A stretch of 64,000 nt of DNA from Pseudogymnoascus verrucosus (Eukaryota). The notes beneath the pieces are model-generated. The model made no database searches. It saw only the letters and a list, made by a program, of their open reading frames with translations, and was not told the DNA's origin. Made by a program: the position numbers and the translations under genes. Shown here in pieces: positions 33,178-46,564 of the stretch. Position 1 is the stretch's first letter. Each line of letters opens with the position of its first letter. The stretch is taken from assembly GCA_001662655.1 (NCBI GenBank), contig KV460237.1, one strand, 5' to 3'.

Positions 33178-34512
33178 TTACTCTTCCTCTGGCGGTGACC
33201 ATACTTCAATCTGCTTAAGGATAGTTTGATACAAGAAGAGCATACAGCCACTCTGCACGCTTGTCCACAAGAAGCGCGGACCAACGCCGCGGAACCACCC
33301 GGCAAGCCCTTCAGTCTTGTATATCAGCTTGAGGCCGGTCAAGACGGAAGAGGTGTCGAGGTTGATTGAACCTGGTCGAGGGGTATATGTCGATGGAGAC
33401 GAGGTAGAGATCGATCGCTTCTGCTGGTTTATTGTTGCCTGGGTCGCCGTTGCCGCGCTGGCCGGAACATGTTTGGTCACAGGCGTCGAGTGCTTAAGTG
33501 GCGAAGAGGGCGAGTTGACCTGCGTTTGGATGCGTGTTTTGACGACATCGAGGGGACATGTGATGACACCAGCCAATCCACCAGCTGCGGCTCCCGTTGC
33601 AAGTTCCAGAGGTAACCCGATATCTCTACTGCCCTTCCATTGGCGCGACCACGTCTGGCATTGTTCGTAGAATGCGAACTGCAATGCCGAGAAGGGAAGA
33701 TCTCTAAAAATGGTTGCCTTATAACCATAATACAGAGCAGAGAACCCTTCCTGTCGAATTATTGTGCGGGCAGCATCGGCTGTACCGCGGTAATTATACC
33801 CGGAATTGAAATGAGGGTTCTTGTAGCGGCCCTGGAGCTGTAGTCGTGTCTTGAGGACTTCTGAAGGAACGTAAACGAAGGACGCTGCGAAATCGGCAAT
33901 AAATCCTGCGAAAGAGTCAGCATACGAACATCGATGAGTTTCTGGAATGCTCACCTCCTGTCAGGTACGCCACCTGCGGCCTAACTCCTGCGTCTATCAA
34001 ATAACGCTTGCTGTACTCATATGTGCCAAAGAATATCAAGGTTCCCGGAAAGGAACCCAACAGTGCTGGGAGCACACCACCGTACAGCCCCCGTCGTATG
34101 CCCTCCTGCCTCCAGATCGTTGAGTATGCCGATGCCATAGATGTGTATTTTGGCGGCATGTGCGGATCGCCCTGCTGGCGCGTTTTCACGGTATCCAAAG
34201 AATGCATGAGCAAATCCCCCGTCGTCCCTCCAATACCTCCAGCTATCATAGCCTATAAAATATCAGTATTCGTTTCCACAACCCATAACGAGCGCATCCC
34301 GAACGTACATGAAGGTATGGCGGGCGTCCCTCCTCCTTGACATCTTTCTGTGCCATGGCGTCCGATTCTGCCGCATGCAACCGTGATTGCCTATGTGCGA
34401 AGCCGAGCTCTTCATCTGACAGCCCATCATCTCCAAAGTTTAACTTGCTTCGTTCTCTTTCCACGGCAGGTGATCCCGAGAACAGGTTGGCAACGCGAGA
34501 GGCCAGGGACAT
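33178..34512 (-). CDS. Mitochondrial carrier, Mme1/YMR166C-like
   Basis: [71 protein letters not shown]; 3 exons. Confidence 0.88.
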
Positions 34513-35326
34513 GGCCCTTCCTCAGCTCGTGGAGGTGACGTCTTCAGATGTCTGTGATCGGTCCAACAGTGTGTGCGTAGCGACAATTGGCAGTCGGAGT
34601 CGAGGGGTCGAGGGGAAGTGGTGGGCTCTATAATGCGCAAGTAGCTCTTGCGATGCGAATAATTCTTGGCCTTCAGTTGACGGTCATTTCACGCTAGTGC
34701 GTTGCTGGTTCGTAAGGCGGTCAGAAATTTATCGGACGTGATTGGCCGAGGCTTAACTCCAGACCGGTTTTGCCGCAATATTTCGGAGATGCAATAACCA
34801 GAGGGAGATTCCACTAATATATTTTTCGTTTTTTTTGATATGGATATTTTATAGTTTATGAGGTCGAATAACGGCGATGTACAGAATATTGCAGGGCAAT
34901 TATTAATCTTGTCAACATAAATACATTTTACGACACGCTATAGTACAGTCATACCATACCCGGCAGGGCCGGTGTTTAATATAATGCCGCCCTTCTAGAA
35001 GATGCTATCCTACAACGACACTGTTCCATCAACCTCAACCTGTCTCTGCACCCTCAAAAAGCTCTGTGACCGATGCTATGGGTTGGCATGTCCTCTACCA
35101 CATCGCAATGCAAGGCCCAAGCCGTAATGGCTGGTCTTTCTCCGTAATAGGTCGCTCGGGTTCGCTCGGTGCTCCTCGGACATAGCCAACAGTATTAAAT
35201 GCACAGCTCCGAGGACCCTGGTACCTTACTATCCGAGGTGGTGATAGTAGATCAGTGGCATACGCCTTGCTTGACGCCGCCCTTCAGTATAGAAACCCGT
35301 GTATATCCCTTCCAGCCTCGTCGTAT

Positions 35327-35962
35327 TCATCGCTTCGCCTTGATGACCCTAGTTTTTGGCTTCCATTCCCACCAATTGATAGGACCAAAGGTTCTCCACG
35401 GCCAAAGCGCATATGTAACCCGTCCCGTAACCAGATTCATAGGGATTGGCCCATAAGTATTGCTATCCAGGCTTTCTTTTCCGTTATGGCCACCATCGCC
35501 TTCAACCCATATATGGCCTGTTGGAACCGTAGCATGAGGGTTTGGAAACGGCTTTCGAGTGAAAACAACATCGCCTTCAAGGCCAATCACGCGTTTCACG
35601 GCTTCGACTTCGGGGTGGGCTGGGCTCCTAGAAACATGTATTAGTCCTCGTTTCCCAGAGACCTATATCGATTCGGACGCAACGAACCAGAATGATACAA
35701 TCATTCCTCTCCTCAAACCTTCCAAGGGCTCCCATTTGCTATTCCAGCAAGCATCTTTCTTCGTGGTTCGATTAATATCGGTGTTTAGATACGGGTACAT
35801 TGAACCGCCCTGGATCCAGACGATGTCGCCGACGTTCGAGTTGAACCATATAACAGCCGGTATCCATGTTATAAAATTGAAAAGGATAAATGATGTCTGC
35901 TTCACGAATGGGCCACGCGCACGAAATCGATTGAAAAGAGGCCGCAGCCGCCCCAGAGCCAT
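35327..35962 (-). CDS. IMP2: Mitochondrial inner membrane peptidase subunit 2
   Basis: GGSMYP (catalytic Ser), KRVIGLEGD, GHIWVEGD, SLDSNTYGPI (DSN type, as in Imp2); one intron. Confidence 0.85.
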
Positions 35963-36264
35963 GTTTGCGACGACTTGCTGGGTGAACCTGTATTTCCGAG
36001 TATGAGGCTGAAATATTAAAGGGCTCGGTTCAATATGGTCGGCTACACCGTAGCCTTGCATGACATAAGCCGCCACATTTTGAGTCTCATCCCATGTGCA
36101 CAAGAAGCATATTTACGATTTATAGGATTTTTCAATTTAATGGTCATAATGTACTTCATTTAGATTCATGTGCGTACCGCTGCCATGTCTAAGCGCCTGC
36201 AATGCAGACCGGCCGAGATTCGCCAGCATGAGTTTCAGAAAACTTTTAACTCCCATTTCCCAAA

Positions 36265-37375
36265 TCATCTTACCGTGCCCTCGATCGCGTTCTCGTCGCT
36301 CTCGCTCATGCTCTCGTCTCCGCTGACTTCCTCGTTCTCCCGGGCGCGCTTCTCCATCAGTGCTTGCAGCTCGGCGTCGTCGTTCTCGGTGACGGCCTTT
36401 GGCTCCATCTTGACAGTGCAACTACCTCCGTTTGCCTCGATGTTCTTCTTAATATCGATAATAGCGGCCTCCAGCGTTGCAATGCCCAGGTGCTTCTCCA
36501 GACATGTGCTTGTAAGGACGTAGAGAGGAGGAGAAACAAGCTTGACCTTAACTTGAGTGTCGGCGGTGTTGCGGGCCTCAGCGGTCCGTAAGGCGTTCTT
36601 GACGGCGTCGATACCCTCGTAACCAAAACATGTAACCTCGACATCGGCTCTGACCTTCGTTGGCTGGGGAGTCAGGCGCTTTCCGATATATGACTTAAGC
36701 TCGTCTGCAACCGCATCGTTCGGGAACGAAACATCAGCCCACACGTCGGGGTTTCTAGTACTGTTAGCTTCTGTTGGTATTGTAACTGAGATTTATAAGG
36801 CGTACGTGATAGAGAGCTTGAAGGCATCCACGGCGTGGCCGTATTTCTTGTTGAGCGGCCATCCGATACGCTCGTACAGGTCCTCGATAGGAGTCTTGGT
36901 CTTCTCTGCTACGTGGCGCATAATCGAGTGGACCATTTTGCTCTTGTTGTATCGCTCCTCGCATTTAACAATATCCTCGGGGGAAACTCGGCGCTTCGAC
37001 AGATCGATATATCCTATCCAGAGATCCGCAATCAGCTTCACGCCCACTTCAGTGAGGGGTAAAAAGGTGCCACTTACCCTTCTCCTTGTCCACTCTGAGA
37101 ACAACGACGACCTCATTGCGTCCGACACGGATAAGCTTTTGGATACTTCTGATACGTCTTCTGGATAACTCAGAAAGAAGAATCATGCCATCGATGTTAT
37201 CGTATTCCAGGAGCTTGACGTAGGCACCCATCTCGGCGATCTTTTGAAGGAACCAGTCAGTTCAAACTCATCAGCCCAGTTTCCAAATCGGCCTTACCTG
37301 CTTCACGTTCACCATGACAAAGCTGTCAATCTCCGGGAACTTCTCCTCATAGAATCGGCAGTTTGTTAACGACAT
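36265..37375 (-). CDS. SUI2: Translation initiation factor eIF2 alpha
   Basis: [38 protein letters not shown] (Ser51 context), [23 protein letters not shown]; three clear introns. A possible extra intron at the extreme 3' end was not resolved. Confidence 0.97.
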
Positions 37376-37856
37376 CTTCGCGGTTTTGCGCTGCGCGGCG
37401 CGGTTCGACTTAGAGGTTGTTTTGTTTCTTTTAACTTGTCTGTTTCAATTATCCGGTGAATATTGGTTATCGCAGTTGCTGTTGTTGTCTGCTGAGAGGT
37501 TGAATGGCCAGCAGAAGTGAGTCAGTTGGAAATATTCACGTCGACGATACAAATCGGTCCCGCATCGTCAATTTCGCATTTGGTGGCATGGTGCTCCACT
37601 TTTGGTTAGCCCCGCCACAGCTCGCTTATTTTTCAGTTGGGTAGCTTTAGTTCGGTTCAGAGGGAATTCCCTTCTTTTCCGAAGCTTGCTTGTCCTTTCT
37701 GTTTTAAATATTTCACCACAAAGCTTCAAGTTACTGTATGAAACCAGTAGCTGAGGCAATGGAACCGTCTTAGCTTTGCTTCATAGGCTGACTGCTGAGA
37801 AGGCTGTCAGTCTATATACCCCCATCTTTACAATTTTTAAAATTCGACCAATCAAG

Positions 37857-40800
37857 ATGTCGACTTTGGAAGCTCTGTCGGCGTCGACCACGTCTACAGG
37901 GATAGCTTCGAGCATCCCAAGGCTGGCAGCGACGGCGGGTTCGAAGCTATCTGCGGATATGTCTTCACCGCCGCCATCCTCGTGGCTTGGGCTCTTGGTA
38001 CGCCTCATCATATCCATCGTGAAGGTGATACCTGTCATCTTGTACTGGGTAATCACCTTCACGACTTTGACGCTCCCCTCATGGCTCTTCACGCTGTTCT
38101 CCACGAGCCTCACATTCACACTGAATGCCACAACTGTGTAAGTTACGGCATTTGTACCATTTTCAGACCCAAACTAATTCTTCTTTATAGAATGTTGATA
38201 ATGCTCGCGCTCTTGTCTACGTTGAGCTGGTTCGTGCGGTACAGGTACCTGAATATGTACGCCCGGCTTCCTCCGGAGCCACAACGCAAAGAGCCCAAAG
38301 TAGATTTATTTCCTGATACACAGGAGGAGGGTACCAAATCAGGCCTATCAAGCTATCTTGACGAGTTCTTGAGCGCTATCAAGGTGTTCGGTTATCTGGA
38401 GCGTCCTGTCTTTCACGAGTTGACACGCTCGATGCAAACTCGAAAGCTCATTGCGGGAGAGACTCTTAACTTGGAAGAAGAACAGGGTTTCTGTTTGGTA
38501 GTTGACGGATTGGTGGAAATTTTCGTGAAGTCTCCCACCAAAGACAACAACGCTGATAGCGACGCATCTCACAATGGGGCCGATGTATTCTATTCTGATA
38601 GCGATGATGAACGCCACGAGGGTGGTGGACACCAAGGCTACCAACTCTTGACTGAAGTTAGGAATGGAGCGCCGATGTCCTCATTGTTCTCTATCCTGTC
38701 ACTATTTACGGAAGACATCAAGCTCCGTCATACCGAAGATGATGAAATGGATGCAAACCACCCTGCTGGGCGCGGTGGTCACCATCGATCGGCCTCTGAT
38801 ATCGACCACAACCGTGGATCACCGCCTTCACTGGCCGGCAGCCCACCGGGGAATAGAGCTCAACAGTCACGAGCCGAAACTTTGAGGCGTGAATTTCAAG
38901 ATTCTGTTCAGTCCGATCCTTCAGGCCTTCCAAACATCCCACCGATGTCTCTGGATCCGCCAGAGACCCCTCGACCCGAACGGCCGAAGCCAAGGAGGGC
39001 AAAGTCAAACTCGGTGCACCCAGACATCATTGCAAGAGCTAGGGTCGACACTACAATTGCCATCATTCCTGCCAGTGCCTTTCGTCGCCTGACTCGGGTT
39101 TATCCCAAGGCTACTTCTCATATTGTCCAAGTTATTTTAACGAGGCTCCAGCGTGTCACACTGGCCACTGGACACTCTTATCTTGGACTGACGGCAGAAG
39201 TCCTTCGCACAGAGAGACACATGAACAAGTACACAACATATGAGTTGCCAAACTTTCTCCGTGGCAGTGCACTGGCCCGCCTCAAGGAGAAGTTCATTAG
39301 GGAGAGAGAACGGATCGGACCAGAGGATTCCCGTAAAGGCATTGCTCTCCACAATGCTAGCGCAGGTCGGAGACGTCGGTCTAGCACCAGTCTTCGCAAA
39401 GAGGCTACCATGCATGCCCTTGGCGCTAAAACGGTAGCCACTCCTCGAACCCAGGCTCCAAATGTCGACGAAGTAGCAAGCCCTAGCCCCGGTGACCTTC
39501 TTACCAACATCCACATTTCTAGGACGGGTGGCCGACGACATTACCATGTCAGTGGGTCATTCGAGCAATCGACACCAAATGCGCAAGGTTCCGATGTCCT
39601 GAGTCCTTTAACGGAGAAGACGTTTAAGCCGTTTGCGTCTCCGGTGGTGCAGCCTCAACTCCACCGACAAGAGTCTATCGACGAAGATGGAATCTTTCGT
39701 GGCTCTATCCTCGAGTGTATCTTCAAAGCGATCGGTCTTACCACTACTCAAAGTGCATTACGCATGGCCGACTCGGTCGAGGCTTCTCCCTACCTGCACT
39801 CCATGGACCAGAGAAGGACAAAGCCTGTCTTCAATAACGCCTTTGGCTTTATTGACCCATATGAAGGTTCAGGTGATGGGGATACGGAATCAGTCACCTC
39901 AAGTACCACCAGCAATTTTGTTACGGTTAGCAGCCAAGGACTCGCTACTGAACTGAGGGATGAGGTGGAAATAGTCTACTTTCCGAAAGGCTCTGTCCTT
40001 GTCGAGCAAGGCGAACGTAACCCTGGACTTTACTATGTGATTGACGGCTTCCTGGATGTGGGAATTCCTAATGACGATGCCGATGATACCGAATTTCTTG
40101 GCCGTACAACGAAAAGTTCGAGCTTCACTTCACAGAAGTCTAGCCAGTTCAGAGGCTCTTCTCGAGGATCAAAACCGAATAGCAGGGCAAAGCGCGCAGA
40201 TTCGCGAAAGCGTAAGAGTTCGGGACGTACAACCCTCTCACTCATTAAGCCTGGAGGAATCGCGGGATACATCGGCACAATCTCATCATACCGGTCGTTC
40301 ATTGATGTTACAGCCAAGACGGACGTATATGTGGGCTTCCTACCTAGATCTTCACTGGAAAGAATAGTGGAGAAGTATCCTGTTGTGCTACTCACTATGG
40401 CAAAGCGTCTCACGAGCTTGCTACCAAAGCTGATCCTCCACATTGACTTTGCCCTGGAATGGGTCCAAGTAAATGCTGGCCAAGTCATATATCACCAAGG
40501 CGACGAAAGTGACGCAATTTATATTGTGCTTAATGGTCGCCTTAGAGCTGTTCTTAACAATGAAGACGACGATTCTGAAATGAAAGTCGTTGGAGAGTAT
40601 GGTCAAGGAGAAAGCGTTGGCGAGTTGGAGGTGATGACGGAAACTTGTCGATCTGCGACCTTGCATGCAATCCGAGACACCGAGCTGGCAAAATTCCCAA
40701 AAACTCTTTTCAATAGTCTTGCCAAAGAACATGCTGGAATCACCATCAAGATTTCCAAGATCATTGCGTCAAGAATGAGAGCTTTGATAGAAGACCCGGT

Positions 40801-42647
40801 ATTCCTCTCTGGGAACGAGAAGGCAACGGCAGCTACAAATGTCAAGGTCTCGTCTACTGGCAATCTAAGAACGGTGGCCATTGTACCCGTCACAGGAGGT
40901 GTCCCAGTTGTCGAATTTGGAAGCCGACTGATGAATGCACTCACCCAGATTGGGGCTCCGAATGGTGTTACTTCACTCAACCAAGCCGCGATTCTCAATC
41001 ATCTTGGCAGACATGCGTTCAGCCGTATGGGAAAGCTCAAACTTTCTCAATATTTGGCCGATCTTGAGGAGAAGTATGGGCTGGTGCTCTACATTGCAGG
41101 TATGTTCGAAATTTTATATTCCACTTTGCGTATTTCTTTGTAGAATGATGAGGAACTTTTTAACCCAGAGGTCTCGATGAAGACTAAAACTTAACAACTC
41201 TAATTTTTTCCTGACTACAACCATATTCTTACTATAATTTTATAATTATTACGCAAGACAGCAGCTAACTGAGTTTGCTACAGATACCAATGTAAATTCG
41301 CCGTGGACCCAAACGTGTATTAGCCAAGCAGATTGCATTCTGTTGGTTGGCATTGCAGACTGGTCTCCCGCAATTGGGGAATACGAACGGTTCATGCTGG
41401 GAATGAAGACAACAGCGAGGAAAGAACTTGTCCTCCTGCATGCGGACAAGTTTTTGGCTTCTGGTCTTACAAGATCTTGGCTGCGTAACCGTGATTGGAT
41501 CAATGGTGGCCATCATCATGTACAAATGGCCTTCAGCACAGACACAGTTCCAGTCCACCCACAAACCCGACGCTTCGGCTCTGCGCTGAAGCACAGAGTT
41601 CAAATTATTCAAGCTGAGATCCAAAAGTACACGTCACGCAAAGTCCGGCAGACCCCTCTGTACTCTGCCGATACGCCTTTCAAGGGCGACTTCCACAGAG
41701 TTGCACGAAGGCTGTGTGGCAAGTCTGTCGGGCTTGTACTTGGAGGTGGTGGTGCTCGCGGGATTGCGCATGTCGGTATTATCAGGGCGCTCGAGGAAGC
41801 TGGAATACCTATCGATATTATCGGTGGAACATCAATCGGCTCTTTTATCGGCGCGTTGTACGCCCGAGATGCAGACGTGGTACCGATGTATGGCCGTGCC
41901 AAAAAGTTCGCTGGTCGGATGGCAAGCATGTGGCGGTTCGCTTTGGACCTGACTTATCCCTCGGCGTCATACACGACCGGACACGAATTTAATCGCGGTA
42001 TCTTCAAGACATTCGGGAACTCACAGATTGAAGACTTCTGGCTGGAGTTCTATTGTAATACCACAAACATCAGCAAGAGTCGATCCGAAATCCATACCAG
42101 CGGCTACGCATGGCGATATGTTCGAGCATCGATGTCGCTAGCGGGTTTGTTGCCTCCACTTTGCGACGAGGGTAGCCTGCTTCTCGATGGTGGCTATGTA
42201 GACAATTTAACGGTCTCGCACATGAAATCCCTGGGAGCCGACGTTATCTTTGCCGTGGACGTGGGAGCGCTTGATGACGATACTCCCCAGAACTTTGGGG
42301 ATTCGCTTTCGGGATTCTGGGCAATAGCGAACCGCTGGAACCCATTCTCAGCATATTCCAACCCGCCCACACTCTCGGAGATCCAGGCTCGTCTAGCGTA
42401 CGTGTCAAGTGTTGACGCGCTGGAACGAGCCAAAGCGACGCCTGGCTGCCTTTACATGCGGCCGCCTATCGATGCGTATGGCACTCTGGAGTTCCAGAAG
42501 TTCGATGAGATTTACGAGGTGGGATACAAGTTTGGCCAGGAATACCTGGCAGACATGCGGGAGAAGGGCATTCTGCCATTGATGGATGAGACGGAGGAGA
42601 AGAAGGCCTTGCGGCGGACGATGGCTCCACGGAGAGCAAGTATATAG
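37857..42647 (+). CDS. NTE1: Lysophospholipase NTE1 (patatin domain, cNMP-binding domains)
   Basis: [66 protein letters not shown]-terminal RRASI; introns ~38138-38190 and ~41100-41283. Confidence 0.96.
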
Positions 42648-43139
42648 TTATATTTTATGTGTACTTTCGGAGCCGGCCACTAGAATAGGCTATCCAGCAA
42701 TCAATGATACCCCATGAAGTATATTATTATTTTCTAAATATCCTTGAAATTGATCCTATTTGTCACTTGCAATCTTTTTTATCAATATGTTTATCGGGCG
42801 TCTCCCTCCTCCCAAGACCAGTTTCCAAGAGTGGGTATGGTGCTCGGTAACTGAATACGTTGCAATCGACTGGGAGCGGCGGAGCACGCCGGTAACCGTT
42901 AAAGATGCGGGTCTCGGTCCCTCACCTCAACAGTGATAAACGGACAACCATGTAACATAAGAAGAGGCCCTGGAAACAAACCAAAGGAGTTTATACACAA
43001 TATATAGTTACCCGTTAGAGTGTATATAGTTACGGTCGGTATCTGTGACCGTTGATATTGCTATCGTACGGCATTGCGCTGGATTTGCGGACTTGGCATT
43101 ATCTAACACGGTTCTCCATACTTTGTATAACACGCCATC

Positions 43140-44618
43140 ATGAGTGGAAAGGCAGTAGAGAAGGCGGTCTACTTGGGCACGTTTGCTCACAGCAAGAGTT
43201 TGAAGGAGCTGGAGATAGCCCACGATGCTGCTATTTTTGTGGACGAGAGCGGCAAGATTGTGGCCGTCGAGAGGGGCGTCGCCGATGAGGCCGCGGCGAA
43301 GAGCTTCTTCCCCAAGCTGAACTGGACCGAGAGCCAGGAGAAGCCGATCCAAATCATCAAATCCAAAGAAGAACAATTCTTCTTCCCAGGCTTCATAGGT
43401 ACCATATCACCCCCCTTTCCGCCCCCCACTGGCCTTCGAACCTCAACTAACCAACCCCCAGACACCCACATCCACGCTTCGCAATACCCCAACGCAGGCA
43501 TCTTCGGCAAATCCACTCTCCTCGACTGGCTAAACACCTACACCTTCCCCCTTGAATCCTCCCTCTCCTCCCTCCCCACCGCCCACCGCGTCTACGCCCG
43601 CGTCATCGCCCGCACCCTCTCCCACGGTACCACCACAGCCGCCTACTACGCCACCATCTCCGTCCCTGCCACCAATCTCCTCGCGGACCTCTGCCTCGCC
43701 GCGGGGCAGCGCGCGCTAATTGGGCGCTGCTGCATGGATTCCCTCGCGCCGGACTACTACCGCGATGCGGGGCCGGAGGAGAGTATTGCGCACACGCGGG
43801 CGACGATCGCGCATATTGCGTCTATCGACCCCACGCACGCGATTGTGAAACCGATCATCACCCCCCGCTTCGCACCCTCGTGTTCAAGCCAGCTACTAAC
43901 CGGGCTGGGAAAGCTGCAGAAGGAGACCGGGTTGCCTGTGCAAACGCACATCTCGGAGAACAAGCGCGAGATCGACTTAGTCGCTGAACTGTTCCCGCAA
44001 TCGAAGAGTTACGCCGAGGTATACGATTCCCACGGCTTGCTGGGGCCAAAGACAGTCCTAGCGCACGCAGTGCATATCACGGATGAGGAGAGGGCGCTGA
44101 TTAAAGAGCGCGGGGCGGGGATTAGCCATTGCCCCGTTAGCAATGCGGCGCTGTCGAGTGGGATGGCGGCGGTGAGGACGTGGTTGGATGATGGTATTAA
44201 TGTAGGCTTGGGGACCGATGTGAGTGGTGGGTACTCGCCGTCTGTGCTAGAGGCAGTGAGACAGGCGCTGATGTGTAGTCGCAACTTGGCGATGGGGGAG
44301 GGCGGAGAGGAGGCGGAGAGGAGGAAGTTGAGTGTGGAGGAGGCGTTGTATTTGGGGACTCTTGGGGGGGCGAAGGTGGTGGGCATGGAGGGGAGGGTTG
44401 GGGCGTTTGAGGTGGGGATGGAGTGGGATGCGCAGCTGGTAGGGATGGAGGAGGTTGGACTAGAAGGGGGGTTTGAGGGAGCGGATGGGGGGGCGGTGGA
44501 TATTTTTGGGTGGGAGAGCTGGGAGAATAAGCTGGCGAAGTGGGTGTTTAATGGGGATGATAGGAATACTTTGGCTGTTTGGGTTCGGGGGAGACTGGTG
44601 CACGAGCGGAGATCTTGA
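43140..44618 (+). CDS. GUD1: Guanine deaminase
   Basis: FFPGFI|DTHIHASQY, TPRFAPSCS, QTHISEN, LAHAVH, SHCPVSN, GLGTDVSGG, GDDRN; an in-frame intron (~43399-43461) is read through by the ORF track. Confidence 0.95.
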   Translation: MSGKAVEKAVYLGTFAHSKSLKELEIAHDAAIFVDESGKIVAVERGVADEAAAKSFFPKLNWTESQEKPIQIIKSKEEQFFFPGFIGTISPPFPPPTGLRTSTNQPPDTHIHASQYPNAGIFGKSTLLDWLNTYTFPLESSLSSLPTAHRVYARVIARTLSHGTTTAAYYATISVPATNLLADLCLAAGQRALIGRCCMDSLAPDYYRDAGPEESIAHTRATIAHIASIDPTHAIVKPIITPRFAPSCSSQLLTGLGKLQKETGLPVQTHISENKREIDLVAELFPQSKSYAEVYDSHGLLGPKTVLAHAVHITDEERALIKERGAGISHCPVSNAALSSGMAAVRTWLDDGINVGLGTDVSGGYSPSVLEAVRQALMCSRNLAMGEGGEEAERRKLSVEEALYLGTLGGAKVVGMEGRVGAFEVGMEWDAQLVGMEEVGLEGGFEGADGGAVDIFGWESWENKLAKWVFNGDDRNTLAVWVRGRLVHERRS

Positions 44619-44794
44619 GGGGGGGGTTGTGGAGGAAGGGCCACAGTGTTATGGCTGGTGGCTGGTTTGTCGGTTTCAATGTTCAAGTAGATTATTAGAA
44701 GGGTAACTACTCATATCATGCCTATCATTCCTAGTTGTTTTTGAAGCCACCGCCCGTTCTATAGCCATCCAATGCGTCACTCTCCACCCTCCTC

Positions 44795-45573
44795 TCACCT
44801 CGTGACAGGCTCCCAGTCCCCCCAGGTAACAGTGTCATCCCACCCCCCTATCCCCCCCTCTAAACCCCAGTGCCTCGCCAACACCTCTCTCAACCGATCC
44901 GTCTTCATTTTCTTGTCCTCCCACACAAGTTCCCTCTCACATTGGCCCCAGTCTCTATCCCTGCTACTGGTCCCAAGCACCCCTCTCCACATCTGTAACG
45001 CAGTCCGCTGACAAGCGCCTCCATCCACATACACAAACCTTAGCCTCCTCAGCGCCCCCTCCTGCACCAGTCGCCACAGCTCATCAACCGCCTCCATCAT
45101 CCGCATGAGCTGCATAGTCAACAGGTCCCACACATTCCCAATCCGCATCTCGACGCGCCGCACACCCAGCTTAGCCCTACCAAAGTACGCGAGCACCTCC
45201 CTCGCGGCGCCATAGTCGGGGAGGACGAGCGTGTTAGCGCCCCAGAGACGGGTAGACGTCTCGGCGTAGACCTGGCGGCTGACGAAGGGGAGGGAGTGAG
45301 CGAGCGGGAGGAGAGATGGAGAGAGTGGGGTCGCGGTCGTGGGAGCACATGGGACGAGATGAAGCATCTTTATGAAGGCGCTGCGAGGTACGACATCGTA
45401 GGTTTGCTGACGGGATCGGCGGTCGGGGAGGGGGGGGGAAGGCTGGAGTCCGTGGAGGCGGGGCAGTGGACAGGGAGGACGCGGTGGGTGGGAGACACGA
45501 GGCAGTAGTTCCAGATGTGGTCTCGGATTTCGGCGGGGAGGGTGAGTAGGGTGGGTGGCGTTTTGGCTGCCAT
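44795..45573 (-). CDS. Hypothetical protein with F-box-like N-terminus; frameshifted at a homopolymer
   Basis: MAAKTPPTLLTLPAEIRDHIWNYCL in one frame; LPFVSRQVYAETSTRLWGANTL in another. The frames join if the G9 run at 45430-45438 were G10. Confidence 0.6.
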
Positions 45574-46564
45574 CGGGGTCGCGGAGGAGGCCTTTCTTAA
45601 CCCTTGATAGATTAGGAGCTAGGCAAGCTGCTCGGGGATCAGCACTCGATATGCATTCCCATGGATGCGGAACTCCAAATAATAAGGCTTGCGGAGACAC
45701 GGAAAGTAAACTAGGACGAAGCCCAATCAGTACCTCTCTTGCACCAGACCAGCGAAGTATCGCCGTCTAGGTTGGCCGTTGTGTTATACGTCCAGTATAC
45801 CAACAGCAAGCTCCTCCTAAAAAATATACATATCCAACGCGCCTATACAGTAAAAGGCGAACCATTTCCAGACACTTGTGGCTGTGCACCCTTGCCTGTT
45901 TGTACTTCGAAGGTACCGCTGCTAATTGTCATCGCGAGAGCGGAGCCGATTCCTTGCCGATTCTACACTTCACGCTCAAGATCTGCAAGATGACTTTGCA
46001 GTCGTCTGTACTGTAGAAAAAATAACCTAACTTACTGTACAGAATCAGCGAGTCGGCCGTCCTCCTGCAGCTGGTGGCGATTTATGGCGCTAAGTCACTT
46101 TCATTACGCATATCATTTCTCGTATCCATGCTTACACTACTCTGTCCATTCCATATTTGCACTGGCTCTCTATCTTCCAATTGAAGCAGCATTCATTAAA
46201 TGCCTATCTATACAGTACCATTGAAGGGGCTTTGAATGCTTTTCTGAATATGGTCCAAGATCGCACCGATAGACCCTTAACTCTCCAAGGTTCAGGAAGG
46301 TTTGAAATTCATGCAAAGGCTGCCATGGCGCCAAGAAGGTCGGATGATGCAACCCCTGTCACAGTGGCACACGCTGTTCGGCCAGTGCTGATCAAGACTA
46401 GGCCAATATAGTGCCACCTGCAATATATCAGTCTCTCCTCTGCGAATATCAAAAACCGATAGTAATACCGTATACTTCCAATAACATTATTCTACATCCT
46501 CCAGCCATTTCGTTTAATAAGGGTCCAACTACTCCTCAGAGGCTATCTTCACACCTCACATGCC

